From Acidimicrobiales bacterium (GTDB taxonomy: Bacteria; Actinomycetota; Acidimicrobiia; Acidimicrobiales; Bog-793): a DNA stretch of 64,000 bases. Shown piece after piece: positions 8,593 through 17,967 of this stretch. The notes under the pieces were generated by a model. That model ran no database searches, was not told the origin of the DNA, and worked only from the letters and a program-made list of their open reading frames with translations. Each line of letters begins with the position of its first letter. Position 1 is the first letter of the stretch. The position numbers and the translations under genes were made by a program. Where the stretch lies: NCBI GenBank assembly GCA_050015175.1, contig JBEKBX010000003.1, forward strand, positions 4,104 to 68,103. The letters are read 5' to 3'.

Positions 8593-11087
8593 AGGCCGTG
8601 ATCATGGCGGGCGGTGAGGGCACGAGGCTTCGCCCGCTCACAGCCAACCAGCCGAAGCCGATGCTCCCGATGGCGAACGCGCCGATGGCCGAGCACGTCG
8701 TCAACCTGCTCAGGCGCCACGGCTTCGACGAGATCGTCGTGACGGTGGGCTTCCTCGCGAGCATGATCCGCACCTATTTCGGGGACGGGTCAGAGCTCGG
8801 GGTCCGGCTTGTGTATGCCACCGAGGAGACGCCGCTCGGGACCGCTGGGTCGGTGCTCAACGCGATCGACGAGCTCAACGAGCGCTTCCTCGTCATCTCG
8901 GGCGACGTCGTGACCGACATCGACCTGACTGCTCTCGTCGAGTTCCACGACAAGCGGGGTGCGGTCGCCACGCTTGCGCTCGAGGCGGTGGAGAACCCCC
9001 TCGAGTTCGGGATCGTGATCATCGACGCCGAGGGGCGCATCGAGCGTTTTCTGGAGAAGCCAGGCTGGGGTGACGTCTTCAGCGACACGATCAACACCGG
9101 CATCTACGTGCTCGAGCCAGAGGTCTTCGACTGGATACCCGCCGGCCGAGCCGTCGATTTCTCGTCGGAAGTTTTCCCGGTCATGCTCGAAGCGGGCAAG
9201 CCTCTCTACGGACATGTTGCGGGGGGCTACTGGGAGGACGTCGGCACGCTGGAGGCCTACCTGAGCGCGCACGCGGACATCCTCGAGGGCAAGGTCGAGA
9301 TCGAAGTGCCGGGCTTCTCGCTCCGCCCGAGCGTGTGGCTCGGAGCGGGTGCGGAGATCCATCCCTCGGCGCGCGTCCTGGGCCCTGCGCTCATCGGTGA
9401 CAACTGCCGAATCGGAGCCGGCGTCGAGCTGCACGGGCACTGTGTGGTGGGGGCCAACGTGCGCATCGGCGAGAACAGCGTCATCGAGCGATGCGTCATC
9501 CACGACAACGTCTACATAGCCTCGTCGGTGAACGCCCGGGGTTGTGTGATCGCCAGGTCATGCGATGTGCGCCAGGGGGTGCACCTCGACGACGGTGTCG
9601 TGCTCGGCGCGGGATCGAGGGTGGGACGCCAGGCCGTCATCGGGGCCGGCGTGAAGGTCTACCCGCACAAGATCATCGAGGCGGGCGCCGTCGTGAACTC
9701 CTCGATCGTTTGGGAGTCCCGAGGCTCGAGGAGCCTGTTCGGGCGTCTCGGGGTCGCGGGCATCGCGAACGTCGACCTCTCGCCCGAGGTCGCCATGCGA
9801 GTGGCGCTGGCTTACGCCACCACACTCCCCAAAGGCGCCACGGTCGCGGTGTCGCGGGATTCCAGCCGGGCAGCGCGGATGCTGAAGCGTGCCGCCATTG
9901 TCGGGATCATCGCGGCCGGCTGCGACGTCGAGGACCTCGAGGCGGCGACGGTGCCCGTGACGCGGTTCCTGACACGGACCGGCACCGCGGTGGGAGGGAT
10001 GACCGTGAGGCTCGTGCCGGGCGACCCGCAGGCTGTCGCCTTGCGTTTCCTGAACGAAGACGGCATGGAGCTCGGCGAAGCAGCCCAGCGCAAGGTGGAG
10101 CGGGTCTACGACCGCGAGGAGTCACGCCGGGTGCTCGCGGCAGAGATCGGTGACATCAGCTTCGCTTCGAGAACGCTCGAGCTCTACACCAACGAGCTCA
10201 CCGGGCTCGTCGACCTTGACGCGATACGCGCGGCCAACTTCAAGCTGGTCCTCGACTACGCGTTCGGCACGGCGAGCTTCGTCATGCCCAACGTGCTCGC
10301 GAAGCTGGGGGCCGACACCTTGGGCATCAATCCGAATGTCTCGACGTCCGGGGTCATCGCCTTCGACAGGGCGGCCCACGCGACCCGGCTCGGTGATCTC
10401 GTCCGGTCCTCGGGTGCCAATCTCGGGGCGATGTTGGACCCCGACGGGGAGCAGCTGACCCTCGTGGACGACACCGGCCACGTCCTCGGAGACGACGAGG
10501 CCCTGCTGGCCCTCGTCCGGCTCGTCTCCGCATCAGAGCCTGGTGGTGTTGTCGCCGTGCCCGTGGACGCGAGCCACCAGGTCGAGGCGATGTGCGAAGG
10601 CACGGGCTCGGAGGTGCTGAGGACCAAGCTTTCGGCTTCCCAGTTGCTCGAGGCCGCCGACTCGCCGCGAGTGCGCTTCGCCGCTAACACCGCAGGGGGC
10701 TTCGTGTTCCCTTCGTTCCTGCCGGCGTTCGACGCCGTGGCGAGCCTCGTGCGGCTCCTTTCGCTTCTCGCCTCCGGAAAGGAGGCGTTCTCCCGAGTCG
10801 TGGCGCGCCTCCCCGAGACGCACATAGTCCGCAGGGAGGTGTCGACTCCTTTCGAACAGAAGGGCCTTGTGATGCGCACTCTCGTCGAGCAAGCAGATCC
10901 CGCCAGCCTGCTCCTGCTCGACGGGGTGAAGACGATCGACGCCGACGGCTGGACACTTGTGATCCCCGATCCGGACGCACCGGTCACCCGCATCCAGGCC
11001 GAAGGGAGAACCCAGTCCGAGGCTGAGCAAAGGGCCGACCGTGTGGCCGACGACATCGAGAGGATCCTCGCAGAGGGAACAGCCTGA
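8589..11087 (+). CDS. sugar-1-phosphate nucleotidyltransferase (ManC-like) fused to a left-handed beta-helix and a PGM/PMM-like domain
   Basis: N-terminus MKAVIMAGGEGTRLRPLT..PKPMLP, then hexapeptide repeats, then a C-terminal four-domain phosphohexomutase-like region. Size (832 aa) and position next to the pgsA-like gene match actinobacterial ManC-type proteins. Confidence 0.75.
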   Translation: MKAVIMAGGEGTRLRPLTANQPKPMLPMANAPMAEHVVNLLRRHGFDEIVVTVGFLASMIRTYFGDGSELGVRLVYATEETPLGTAGSVLNAIDELNERFLVISGDVVTDIDLTALVEFHDKRGAVATLALEAVENPLEFGIVIIDAEGRIERFLEKPGWGDVFSDTINTGIYVLEPEVFDWIPAGRAVDFSSEVFPVMLEAGKPLYGHVAGGYWEDVGTLEAYLSAHADILEGKVEIEVPGFSLRPSVWLGAGAEIHPSARVLGPALIGDNCRIGAGVELHGHCVVGANVRIGENSVIERCVIHDNVYIASSVNARGCVIARSCDVRQGVHLDDGVVLGAGSRVGRQAVIGAGVKVYPHKIIEAGAVVNSSIVWESRGSRSLFGRLGVAGIANVDLSPEVAMRVALAYATTLPKGATVAVSRDSSRAARMLKRAAIVGIIAAGCDVEDLEAATVPVTRFLTRTGTAVGGMTVRLVPGDPQAVALRFLNEDGMELGEAAQRKVERVYDREESRRVLAAEIGDISFASRTLELYTNELTGLVDLDAIRAANFKLVLDYAFGTASFVMPNVLAKLGADTLGINPNVSTSGVIAFDRAAHATRLGDLVRSSGANLGAMLDPDGEQLTLVDDTGHVLGDDEALLALVRLVSASEPGGVVAVPVDASHQVEAMCEGTGSEVLRTKLSASQLLEAADSPRVRFAANTAGGFVFPSFLPAFDAVASLVRLLSLLASGKEAFSRVVARLPETHIVRREVSTPFEQKGLVMRTLVEQADPASLLLLDGVKTIDADGWTLVIPDPDAPVTRIQAEGRTQSEAEQRADRVADDIERILAEGTA

Positions 11088-11208
11088 CCTGTTAACGAGC
11101 CGGGTGATCCCGGCGGGTGCGACCGCGGGCCAGGGGCGTAGAGCCCGGCCAGTGGCTACGATCACCTCAGCGTTGGAATATGCCGCCGCCCCGAAGGAGC
11201 TGTGAGAA

Positions 11209-11589
11209 ATGGCCATTCCGCAGGAGCTGAGATACACCGCCGATCACGAGTGGGCGCGCCTCGAGGACGACAGGGTCAGAGTCGGCCTAACCGACTTCGC
11301 GCAGGAGGCCCTCGGGGACATCGTGTTCGTGCAACTGCCTTCTGTCGGTGACAACGTCGTGCGCGGAGGAGAGCTCGGCGAGGTGGAATCGACCAAGTCG
11401 GTGTCGCAGGTGTACGCCCCCGTCGGCGGGACCGTGGTAGAGGTGAACACAGCACTGTCCACTCAGCCGGAGTGCATCAACACCGACGCGTACGGAGAGG
11501 GATGGCTCTGCGTCATCGAGCCGTCGGCGCCCGGCGAGCTCGACGAGCTGCTCGATGCCGATGGGTACCTCTCGCTGACAGAATCCTGA
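11209..11589 (+). CDS. gcvH: glycine cleavage system protein H
   Basis: YT.DHEWAR, lipoyl-lysine motif GEVESTKSVSQVYAPVGG, AAGGAG 8 nt upstream of the ATG. Confidence 0.9.
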   Translation: MAIPQELRYTADHEWARLEDDRVRVGLTDFAQEALGDIVFVQLPSVGDNVVRGGELGEVESTKSVSQVYAPVGGTVVEVNTALSTQPECINTDAYGEGWLCVIEPSAPGELDELLDADGYLSLTES

Positions 11590-11640
11590 GGCGCCGGCGG
11601 TCGGGCCTGACCGAGCGGCACGCCGGTCCGGGAAAGAGCA

Positions 11641-12198
11641 GTGGAGAGCACCGCAGTGACCACCACGGTTATGGATCAGGCGAAGCTGGCCGAGCGCGCC
11701 CTGGTGAGTCTCAGGTACCGTACAGGGGTGTTCTGCAACAACTGCGGCCATCGCAATCCGCCCGACTCGAATTTCTGCTCGTCTTGTGGCGCGCCTTTCA
11801 CTCCGAGCACCGACACGACGATCTCCTTCCTGCCGGAGGATTCCTTGGGCGATCTCGCGGACGACGAGGTCAGTGTTCCCGCCGGCGATCTGTCGGAAGG
11901 CACCGGTGTCCTAGTCGTCAAACGGGGACCTGACGCCGGGGCTCGTTTTGTCTTGACAGGTGAGGTCACCCGGGTAGGCAGGCATCCCGACAGCGAGATC
12001 TTCCTGGACGACGTGACGGTTTCACGCCGCCATGCCGAGTTCCGGCGCGAGGCCGCCCGCTACGTCGTTGTCGACGTCGGATCTCTGAACGGCACCTATG
12101 TCAATCGCGAGCGGATCGAGACCGCCACCTTGAAAGGTGGGGACGAGGTCCAGATAGGCAAGTTCAAGCTGGTTTTCCTCTCGACGAGCGCTGGTTGA
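11641..12198 (+). CDS. FHA-domain protein with N-terminal zinc ribbon (GarA/OdhI-like position)
   Basis: CNNCGHRNPPDSNFCSSCG zinc ribbon, a TDTTISF motif, and an FHA core VTRVGRHPDSEIFLDDVTVSRRHAEF...GSLNGTYVNRE. It lies directly downstream of gcvH, as garA does in mycobacteria. Confidence 0.8.
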   Translation: MESTAVTTTVMDQAKLAERALVSLRYRTGVFCNNCGHRNPPDSNFCSSCGAPFTPSTDTTISFLPEDSLGDLADDEVSVPAGDLSEGTGVLVVKRGPDAGARFVLTGEVTRVGRHPDSEIFLDDVTVSRRHAEFRREAARYVVVDVGSLNGTYVNRERIETATLKGGDEVQIGKFKLVFLSTSAG

Positions 12199-12205
12199 GG
12201 CAGCA

Positions 12206-13369
12206 GTGGGGGAGCGCTCTTATCTGGCAATTGGCGACGTGCTCGCCTTGCTCCGCGAAGAATTCCCGGACATCACCATCTCGAAGATCCGTTTTCTCGA
12301 GAGCAGGGGCCTACTGGTGCCCGAGCGGACGCCCTCCGGCTACCGGAAGTTCTACGAGCCCGACGTGGAACGTCTGCGCTGGATCCTGCGCCAACAGCGC
12401 GAGCACTTCTTGCCTCTCAAGGTGATCAAGGGCCGGCTCGACCACGGCATGAGCGACCCGGACGCACCTGCGCCTCACTTGTTCGAGATGGGGGAGCCAC
12501 CCCCCGAGCGGGAGTCGGAGGCGGTCCTGGTTGCCGCGGCGGGGGCCGCGACGGTCACTCGCGACAGTGGGCAGGCCGCCGTCAAGGCATTGGCGCCCGT
12601 CGCGATGGTCTCATCCTCGAACGACGGCACGCCCAAGCGGGCAAGCGCCTCGGTCATGGCGAGCCGTGAACCGGCAGCGCACGCAGAGCACGCGGAGCAA
12701 GCGGGTCCTGCTGGGCCCACCGCTGGCGACGCTCCCGCCGAGCGGCCGGCGACCTTAGGGCGTCGGACGGGCGAGTCAGAGGCAAGGCCAGGCGGAGGCG
12801 CCGGGTCCTCGGGAGGCCGCCGTGCGAAGAGCCAGGCGGCCGTGCCCGAGAGCGGAGCGCCGCAGGACACCACGGCCGGATCCGGCTCGGCCGCCGAGCC
12901 GGATGACCACGGCCAGCAGGACACGGCCGGACCAGCCCGACGCGCCCCTTCGCGCTCGACGGCAGGGCTGCCAGGCGCAGGATTGTCGGGGGCGAGCCTC
13001 ACCCTCGCCGAGCTTGCCAGCGCCAGCGGGCTCGAGGTGGCCGGCATCGAGGAGCTCGAGAGCTTCGGACTCATAGCCGGGCGAACCGTCGCAGGCGTCC
13101 GCTGCTATGACGAAGAGGCGATCCTGGTTGCGAAGATTGCCGCGGGCTTCGCACCGTACGGGATCGAGGCGAGGCACCTTCGGATCTTCAAGCACGCCGC
13201 GGACCGGCAGACGGGTCTCTTCGCCCAGGTGGTCACGCCGCTTCTCAGGCAGCGCAATCCCGGGGCACGGGCTCGTGCGATAGAAGACCTCTCCGAGCTA
13301 GCCGAGCTCGGAGAGGCACTCATGCGCTGTTTCTCCCAAGCCGCGCTGCGCGAACTGACCGGGGGGTGA
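12206..13369 (+). CDS. MerR-family transcriptional regulator (Rv1828/FtsR-like), with long Ala/Pro/Gly-rich linker
   Basis: N-terminal MerR HTH LAIGDVLALLREEFPDITISKIRFLESRGLL.PERTPSGYRKF, and a conserved C-terminal second domain LTLAELASASGLEV..IEELESFGLI. Confidence 0.75.
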   Translation: MGERSYLAIGDVLALLREEFPDITISKIRFLESRGLLVPERTPSGYRKFYEPDVERLRWILRQQREHFLPLKVIKGRLDHGMSDPDAPAPHLFEMGEPPPERESEAVLVAAAGAATVTRDSGQAAVKALAPVAMVSSSNDGTPKRASASVMASREPAAHAEHAEQAGPAGPTAGDAPAERPATLGRRTGESEARPGGGAGSSGGRRAKSQAAVPESGAPQDTTAGSGSAAEPDDHGQQDTAGPARRAPSRSTAGLPGAGLSGASLTLAELASASGLEVAGIEELESFGLIAGRTVAGVRCYDEEAILVAKIAAGFAPYGIEARHLRIFKHAADRQTGLFAQVVTPLLRQRNPGARARAIEDLSELAELGEALMRCFSQAALRELTGG

Positions 13370-13935
13370 ACCCGCCGGGACATCCGGTCAGGTCCCTTCT
13401 CGACGCCGACGAGTTGGCCGCGATCGCCCGCCGGCTCGGAGGCGAGATCAAGCGCGATTATCCCGACGGCGTCGTGCTGATAGCCCTGCTCAAGGGGAGT
13501 ATCTGTTTTCTCGCGGATCTGGTGCGCGAGCTGCCCGGGCCCTGCGAACTCGACTTCCTCGCCCTCTCCTCCTACGGCGACGGCCGCACCCGGGTCCGCG
13601 TGGTCAAGGACCTCGACCTCGAGCTCACGGGCCGGGACGTCGTGGTCGTCTTGGACATCGTCGACACCGGCCTCACGTTGGCTTACGTGCTCCGGCTGAT
13701 CGCCTTGCGCGGCGCCCGTTCCACCGCCGCCTGCGCCCTGCTCGACCGCCAGAGCCGCAGGCTGCTGCCTGTCAAGATCCGCTACGTGGGCCGGGTCATA
13801 GGTGAGGAGCACGTGGTCGGCTACGGGCTTGACCTCGACGAGCGCTACCGCAACGTACCCGCCCTCCAAGTCGCCGACGAGGGCGATCTTCGTGCTGAGC
13901 CGCCTGCGATGTTCGAACGGCTCTGGCGGCGGTAA
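13366..13935 (+). CDS. hpt: hypoxanthine phosphoribosyltransferase
   Basis: LLKGSICFLADLVREL, LDFLALSSYG, and the PRPP loop VVVVLDIVDTGLTLAYV. It overlaps the upstream gene by 4 nt. Confidence 0.85.
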   Translation: MNPPGHPVRSLLDADELAAIARRLGGEIKRDYPDGVVLIALLKGSICFLADLVRELPGPCELDFLALSSYGDGRTRVRVVKDLDLELTGRDVVVVLDIVDTGLTLAYVLRLIALRGARSTAACALLDRQSRRLLPVKIRYVGRVIGEEHVVGYGLDLDERYRNVPALQVADEGDLRAEPPAMFERLWRR

Positions 13936-13944
13936 GTTGCTGTC

Positions 13945-14448
13945 ATGGTCGAGGTGCATCTGAGGGCTGTCCGAGTCGACCTGGGGTCGAGCACCCCGGT
14001 CGTGTTGCTCGAAGAGACTGAGGGAGCCCGTCGTTCGTTGCCGATATTCGTGGGTGGGCCGGAGGCGACGGCTATCGCCTTCGCCCTCCAAGGAGTTGAG
14101 CCCCCGCGCCCCATGAGCCACGATCTGATGCGGGAGCTCGTCGAGAGCCTCGGTGCCAAGGTTGTGCGCGTCTTGGTCACCGAGCTGCGCGACGGGACCT
14201 TCTTTGCCGAGCTCCATCTTCGAGCCGGCGAGCGCGACGTCGTGGTGTCGTGCAGGCCGTCGGACGCGATCGCGCTCGCGACGCGCACACACTCGCCGCT
14301 TTACGTGGCAGACGACCTCATGGAGACCGAAGGGCTCGTGATCGAGCCGGACGACGACGACGTCGCCGTCGAGGGCAATCCGGACGAGCTCGTTGGCGAG
14401 TTCCGCGAGTTTCTGGACAAGATCCGGCCGGAAGACTTCACGTCCTGA
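13945..14448 (+). CDS. bifunctional nuclease family protein (DUF151, Rv1829-like)
   Basis: MVEVHLRAVRVDL.SSTPVVLLEE...R.LPIFVGGPEATAIAFALQGVEPPRPMSHDLM matches the DUF151 signature. Confidence 0.8.
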   Translation: MVEVHLRAVRVDLGSSTPVVLLEETEGARRSLPIFVGGPEATAIAFALQGVEPPRPMSHDLMRELVESLGAKVVRVLVTELRDGTFFAELHLRAGERDVVVSCRPSDAIALATRTHSPLYVADDLMETEGLVIEPDDDDVAVEGNPDELVGEFREFLDKIRPEDFTS

Positions 14449-14532
14449 GTCGGAGCGTGGGCGCCACAGGCCCGGCGTCAACCCTGAAGCTCAAGCTGCA
14501 GTAGACGTGCGGCCTCTGGGCTCTACCGGTCG

Positions 14533-14561
14533 TTGACGTCGAGCAGCACGAGCCCTAACCT
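14533..14561 (+). promoter_or_regulatory. candidate sigma-70-type promoter for the second MerR gene
   Basis: TTGACG (14533-14538), a 17-nt spacer, then TAACCT (14556-14561), about 80 nt upstream of ATG 14643. Confidence 0.3.
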
Positions 14562-14642
14562 TTCTTACGAGGGTGTAACTACCGCGCTGTCGTCCAACCA
14601 GGGCAAGGGCGGGAGCTCGGGGACTAAAGACAGGGGCACGAG

Positions 14643-15164
14643 ATGGACCAAGTCGGTTTCCGCGGGCCACAGGTGTGCAGCATCGTCGGTATCACCTACC
14701 GCCAGTTGGATTACTGGGACCGGACTGGGCTAAGCCGCCCGTCACTCGCCCCCGCGCGCGGCAGCGGGTCCCAGCGGCTCTACGCCTACAAGGACCTTCT
14801 CGAGTTGAAGGTGATCAAGCAGCTCCTCGATGGCGGTGTCAACTTGCGCCAGGCGAGGCGCGCGATCGAATGCCTCCGCGAGTCGGTGGGAGAGGACCTC
14901 ACGACCGCGAACCTCGTCATTGTCGGCGAGGGGTCGGTGCTGGTGCGCACCGGCGAAGAGATCATCGACCTTCTGCGAGGTGGTCAGGGCGTGTTCAACG
15001 TCGTGCCGCTCGCCGGGGTGGTCGGTGAGGTCGATGCGGCGATCCTGCGGATCGACAGCGCCCACACGGCAGGCGGTGCGTCCGTGCCCGGTCATCCGGT
15101 GCAGGCCGCCTCCGGCGAGGATGAGGGGACCTCCGGGCCGTCCCGGCTTGCCGAGGGAGGCTAG
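14643..15164 (+). CDS. MerR-family transcriptional regulator (Rv1830-like)
   Basis: HTH VCSIVGITYRQLDYWDRTGL.RPS......GSQRLYAYKDLLELKVIKQLLD.GVNLRQAR. Confidence 0.8.
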   Translation: MDQVGFRGPQVCSIVGITYRQLDYWDRTGLSRPSLAPARGSGSQRLYAYKDLLELKVIKQLLDGGVNLRQARRAIECLRESVGEDLTTANLVIVGEGSVLVRTGEEIIDLLRGGQGVFNVVPLAGVVGEVDAAILRIDSAHTAGGASVPGHPVQAASGEDEGTSGPSRLAEGG

Positions 15165-15218
15165 ACGCTCTCCGACCGGCGATCCTCCCCGGTACGAAAG
15201 CCGCGACCGCGCGCCGCG

Positions 15219-15551
15219 GTGCGGTTTGCTCACGACTCTGAGCGTCTGTTTGCCGAGCTCCTCGACTACTACGAGGTCCCTTGGGAGTACGAGCCGGTGG
15301 AGTTCGTGCTCGCGTGGGGCCCCGACGGGCAACCGACGAGCGCGTTCCGCCCGGATTTCTACCTCATCGAGCACGATGTGTTCCTCGAGCTGACGACGCT
15401 TCGCCAGGAGCTCGTCACAGTCAAGAATAGGAAGTTGCGCCAGATGGCCCAGCTGTATCCCGAGGTTCACGTCCGGGTTCTCTATCGTCGCGACGTGTTC
15501 AGTCTGCTGGGAAAGTACTTGCCGGAAGCTACAGCTAGATTGGCCGGGTGA
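15219..15551 (+). CDS. small conserved hypothetical protein (possible PD-(D/E)xK-like fold)
   Basis: 110 aa. RPDFYLIEHDVFLELTT plus downstream VKNRK resembles D...E.K nuclease-fold spacing. The stop overlaps the gcvT GTG (GTGA). Confidence 0.55.
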   Translation: MRFAHDSERLFAELLDYYEVPWEYEPVEFVLAWGPDGQPTSAFRPDFYLIEHDVFLELTTLRQELVTVKNRKLRQMAQLYPEVHVRVLYRRDVFSLLGKYLPEATARLAG

Positions 15552-16618
15552 CCCTCAAACACTCTGCACTGCACGCCGAGCACGTGGATCTCGGAGCGCG
15601 GCTCGTGGATTTCGGCGGCTGGGAAATGCCGCTTTCGTACCCGGAAGGCACCATCGCCGAGCACCTCGCTTGTCGCAACGACGCCGCGGTTTTTGACGTC
15701 AGCCATCTCGGCACCGTGCGTGTCGAAGGGGCCGGCGCCTTCGAGCTGCTCCAGACGAGCCTGACCAACGACCTCCACCGGATCGGGCCGGGCCGCGCCC
15801 AGTACCAGCATCTCCTCGACGAGACCGACGCCTCGGTGCTCGACGACATCATCGTGTGGTGGGTCTCAGAAGAGCATTTTGACGTGATGCCGAACGCCTC
15901 CAACACCGACAGGGTGATCTCGGTGCTCGGCGGCCACGACGTGACCGCCGAGCGGGCCGTCATCGCCGTGCAGGGGCCCCACGCCCGCGAGCGCCTCGCG
16001 ACGGTCTCGGCCGATGCGGCGGCGGTCGGTCATTTCGCGGTGGCTGACTTCGAGTTCAAAGGCGTGCCGTGCCGTGTTGCCGGCACCGGCTACACCGGAG
16101 AGGACGGTGTCGAGTGCGCCGTGCCGTCCGAGATGGCGCCCGAGTTCTGGCGCGCGGTCATCGGCGCCGGTGTGAAACCGGCGGGTCTCGGGGCACGTGA
16201 CACTCTTCGACTCGAGTCGGGACTTCCTCTCCACGGCCACGAGCTCGGCCCCGGCATCACGCCGTTGCAGGCAGGGCTTGGCTGGGTCGTCAGCTGGGAC
16301 AAGGGCCCGTTCCGGGGCCGCGAGGCGCTGGAACGGGAACGGGCGGTCGGGATCCGGCGCAGGCTGCGTGGTCTGCTCGCCGAAGGGCGGAGACCGCCCC
16401 GAAACGGCGACACGGTCCTCGTCGACGGGCAGGTCTCGGGTGAGGTCACGAGCGGGAACTTCTCTCCCGTGCTGCAGCGGGGGATCGCGCTCGCGTTCCT
16501 GCCTCCCGGGACCGCAATGGGCGCCCCGGTAGAGATCGCGCTGCGAAGCGGGCAAGCTCCGGCGATCGTCGTCAAGCCACCGTTCCAGCGGTTGACAGCA
16601 GAAGGGACAGCAAGTTGA
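15548..16618 (+). CDS. gcvT: glycine cleavage system aminomethyltransferase T
   Basis: LH..H..LGARLVDFGGWEMPLSY......EH.A.R..AAVFDVSHLG is the classical GcvT N-terminus. Confidence 0.9.
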   Translation: MTLKHSALHAEHVDLGARLVDFGGWEMPLSYPEGTIAEHLACRNDAAVFDVSHLGTVRVEGAGAFELLQTSLTNDLHRIGPGRAQYQHLLDETDASVLDDIIVWWVSEEHFDVMPNASNTDRVISVLGGHDVTAERAVIAVQGPHARERLATVSADAAAVGHFAVADFEFKGVPCRVAGTGYTGEDGVECAVPSEMAPEFWRAVIGAGVKPAGLGARDTLRLESGLPLHGHELGPGITPLQAGLGWVVSWDKGPFRGREALERERAVGIRRRLRGLLAEGRRPPRNGDTVLVDGQVSGEVTSGNFSPVLQRGIALAFLPPGTAMGAPVEIALRSGQAPAIVVKPPFQRLTAEGTAS

Positions 16619-17967
16619 GCGCGCCGTTTGTCCCACACACCGAGGCCGAGATCGCGGAGATGCTCGGCTTTCTGGGCCTTGAAGACCTCGATGGCCTGTT
16701 CGGCGAGATCCCCGAGGCACTGCGACTGAGGGGCGGTCTCGATCTGCCGCAGGCGATGAGCGAGCCGGACGTCGCGTGGCGCCTAGACGAGCTCGCCCAG
16801 CGCAATCGGCCGTGTGGCCGGGACCTCGTCTGCTTTGCCGGGGCAGGGTCCTATGACCACGAGATACCTGCTGTCGTGAGGGCCATCGCGTCGCGCTCGG
16901 AGTTCGTGACGGCTTACACGCCATATCAGCCGGAGGTGTCACAGGGCGTTCTGCAGGCCATTTTCGAGTATCAGACGATGATCGCCAGGCTCAGTGGCCT
17001 CGAGGTAGCAAACGCCTCGCTCTATGACGGAGCGGCGTCGCTGGTGGAGGCCGTGAACCTCGCCGTCGTGGCGGCAGGCAACAAGCGGGTGCTGTGCTCA
17101 CAGGGTGTCCATCCTCACTGGCGCCGCCAGCTGGAGACGTTCTCACGTGGCTCCGGAAACGAGATCGACACGGTGCCGCTGTCCGGCGGCGTCACGTCCT
17201 GGAACGAGGTCGTCGACAAGGGGCCATTCGCCGCGGTCGTGGTGGCCGCTCCGAACTTTCTCGGCTGCCTGGAGGACATAGGCGCCGCTCGCAGCTTCGC
17301 CGACCGCTTCGGCGCCCGATTGGTCGTCTGCTTCGACCCGGTTTCGGCGGGTCTGCTCGCGACCCCGGGCTCGCTCGGCGCCGACGTGGTCGTGGGCGAG
17401 GGACAGCCCCTCGGGACGGCGCTGGGCTTCGGCGGGCCTTATCTGGGCCTGTTCGCGTGCCGCCTTGTAGACGTGAGGCGAATCCCCGGGCGGATCGTCG
17501 GAGAGACCGTCGACACCGAGGGGCGCCACGCTTATGTCATGACCTTGCGGGCGCGCGAGCAGGACATCCGCCGCGAGAGGGCGTCCTCGAACGTCTGCAC
17601 GAACCAGACCTTGATGGCCGTGACCGCGGCGGTCCACCTTTCCTGGCTGGGCCCGCAAGGACTGCGCGAGGTGGCCTTGCGATGTGCCAGGGCGACGCGT
17701 TACACCCGTGAAGCTCTTTGCGCGATCGACGGGGTGCGACTGATGACCACTGCCCCCGTGCTGCGTGAGTTCGCGATCCGCACGCCGCTTGCACCCGAGA
17801 AGCTCGTCGAACGACTGGCGGAGGATGGTTACCTCGCCGGTGTGCCCATCCGGGCAGGGTTCGAGGGCACCGACTACGAGGGAGGACTGCTCGTGGCTGC
17901 CACGGAGAAGCGCACGCGTACGGAGATCGAAGGCTTCGCGGCCGCATTCGACAAGGCCGTGCGATGA
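16615..17967 (+). CDS. gcvPA: glycine dehydrogenase (aminomethyl-transferring) subunit 1
   Basis: Split P-protein N-terminal subunit: FVPHTE.E..EML..LG, TAYTPYQPE.SQG.LQ..FE.Q. It overlaps both neighbours by 4 nt. Confidence 0.9.
   Translation: MSAPFVPHTEAEIAEMLGFLGLEDLDGLFGEIPEALRLRGGLDLPQAMSEPDVAWRLDELAQRNRPCGRDLVCFAGAGSYDHEIPAVVRAIASRSEFVTAYTPYQPEVSQGVLQAIFEYQTMIARLSGLEVANASLYDGAASLVEAVNLAVVAAGNKRVLCSQGVHPHWRRQLETFSRGSGNEIDTVPLSGGVTSWNEVVDKGPFAAVVVAAPNFLGCLEDIGAARSFADRFGARLVVCFDPVSAGLLATPGSLGADVVVGEGQPLGTALGFGGPYLGLFACRLVDVRRIPGRIVGETVDTEGRHAYVMTLRAREQDIRRERASSNVCTNQTLMAVTAAVHLSWLGPQGLREVALRCARATRYTREALCAIDGVRLMTTAPVLREFAIRTPLAPEKLVERLAEDGYLAGVPIRAGFEGTDYEGGLLVAATEKRTRTEIEGFAAAFDKAVR

Noticed and set aside
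11088-11208. Possible glycine riboswitch upstream of gcvH (CGCCCCGAAGGAGC and CTCAGCG resemble conserved aptamer segments)
   Set aside because: The segments are in the wrong order for the aptamer. The GAAGGAG is simply the Shine-Dalgarno 8 nt from the ATG. No GGAGAG-type P1 start was seen. An Infernal scan is needed to be certain.
13105-14481. 458-aa minus-strand ORF. Similar long antisense ORFs occur at 349-1257, 2275-3384, 18245-19387, 21748-23121, 25179-26096, 28243-29295, 52080-53105 and 62530-63618.
   Set aside because: They lie antisense to genes with clear family motifs. Their proteins are Arg/Gly/Pro/Ala-rich low-complexity sequence, as expected from stop-codon-poor high-GC DNA. No motifs were recognised.
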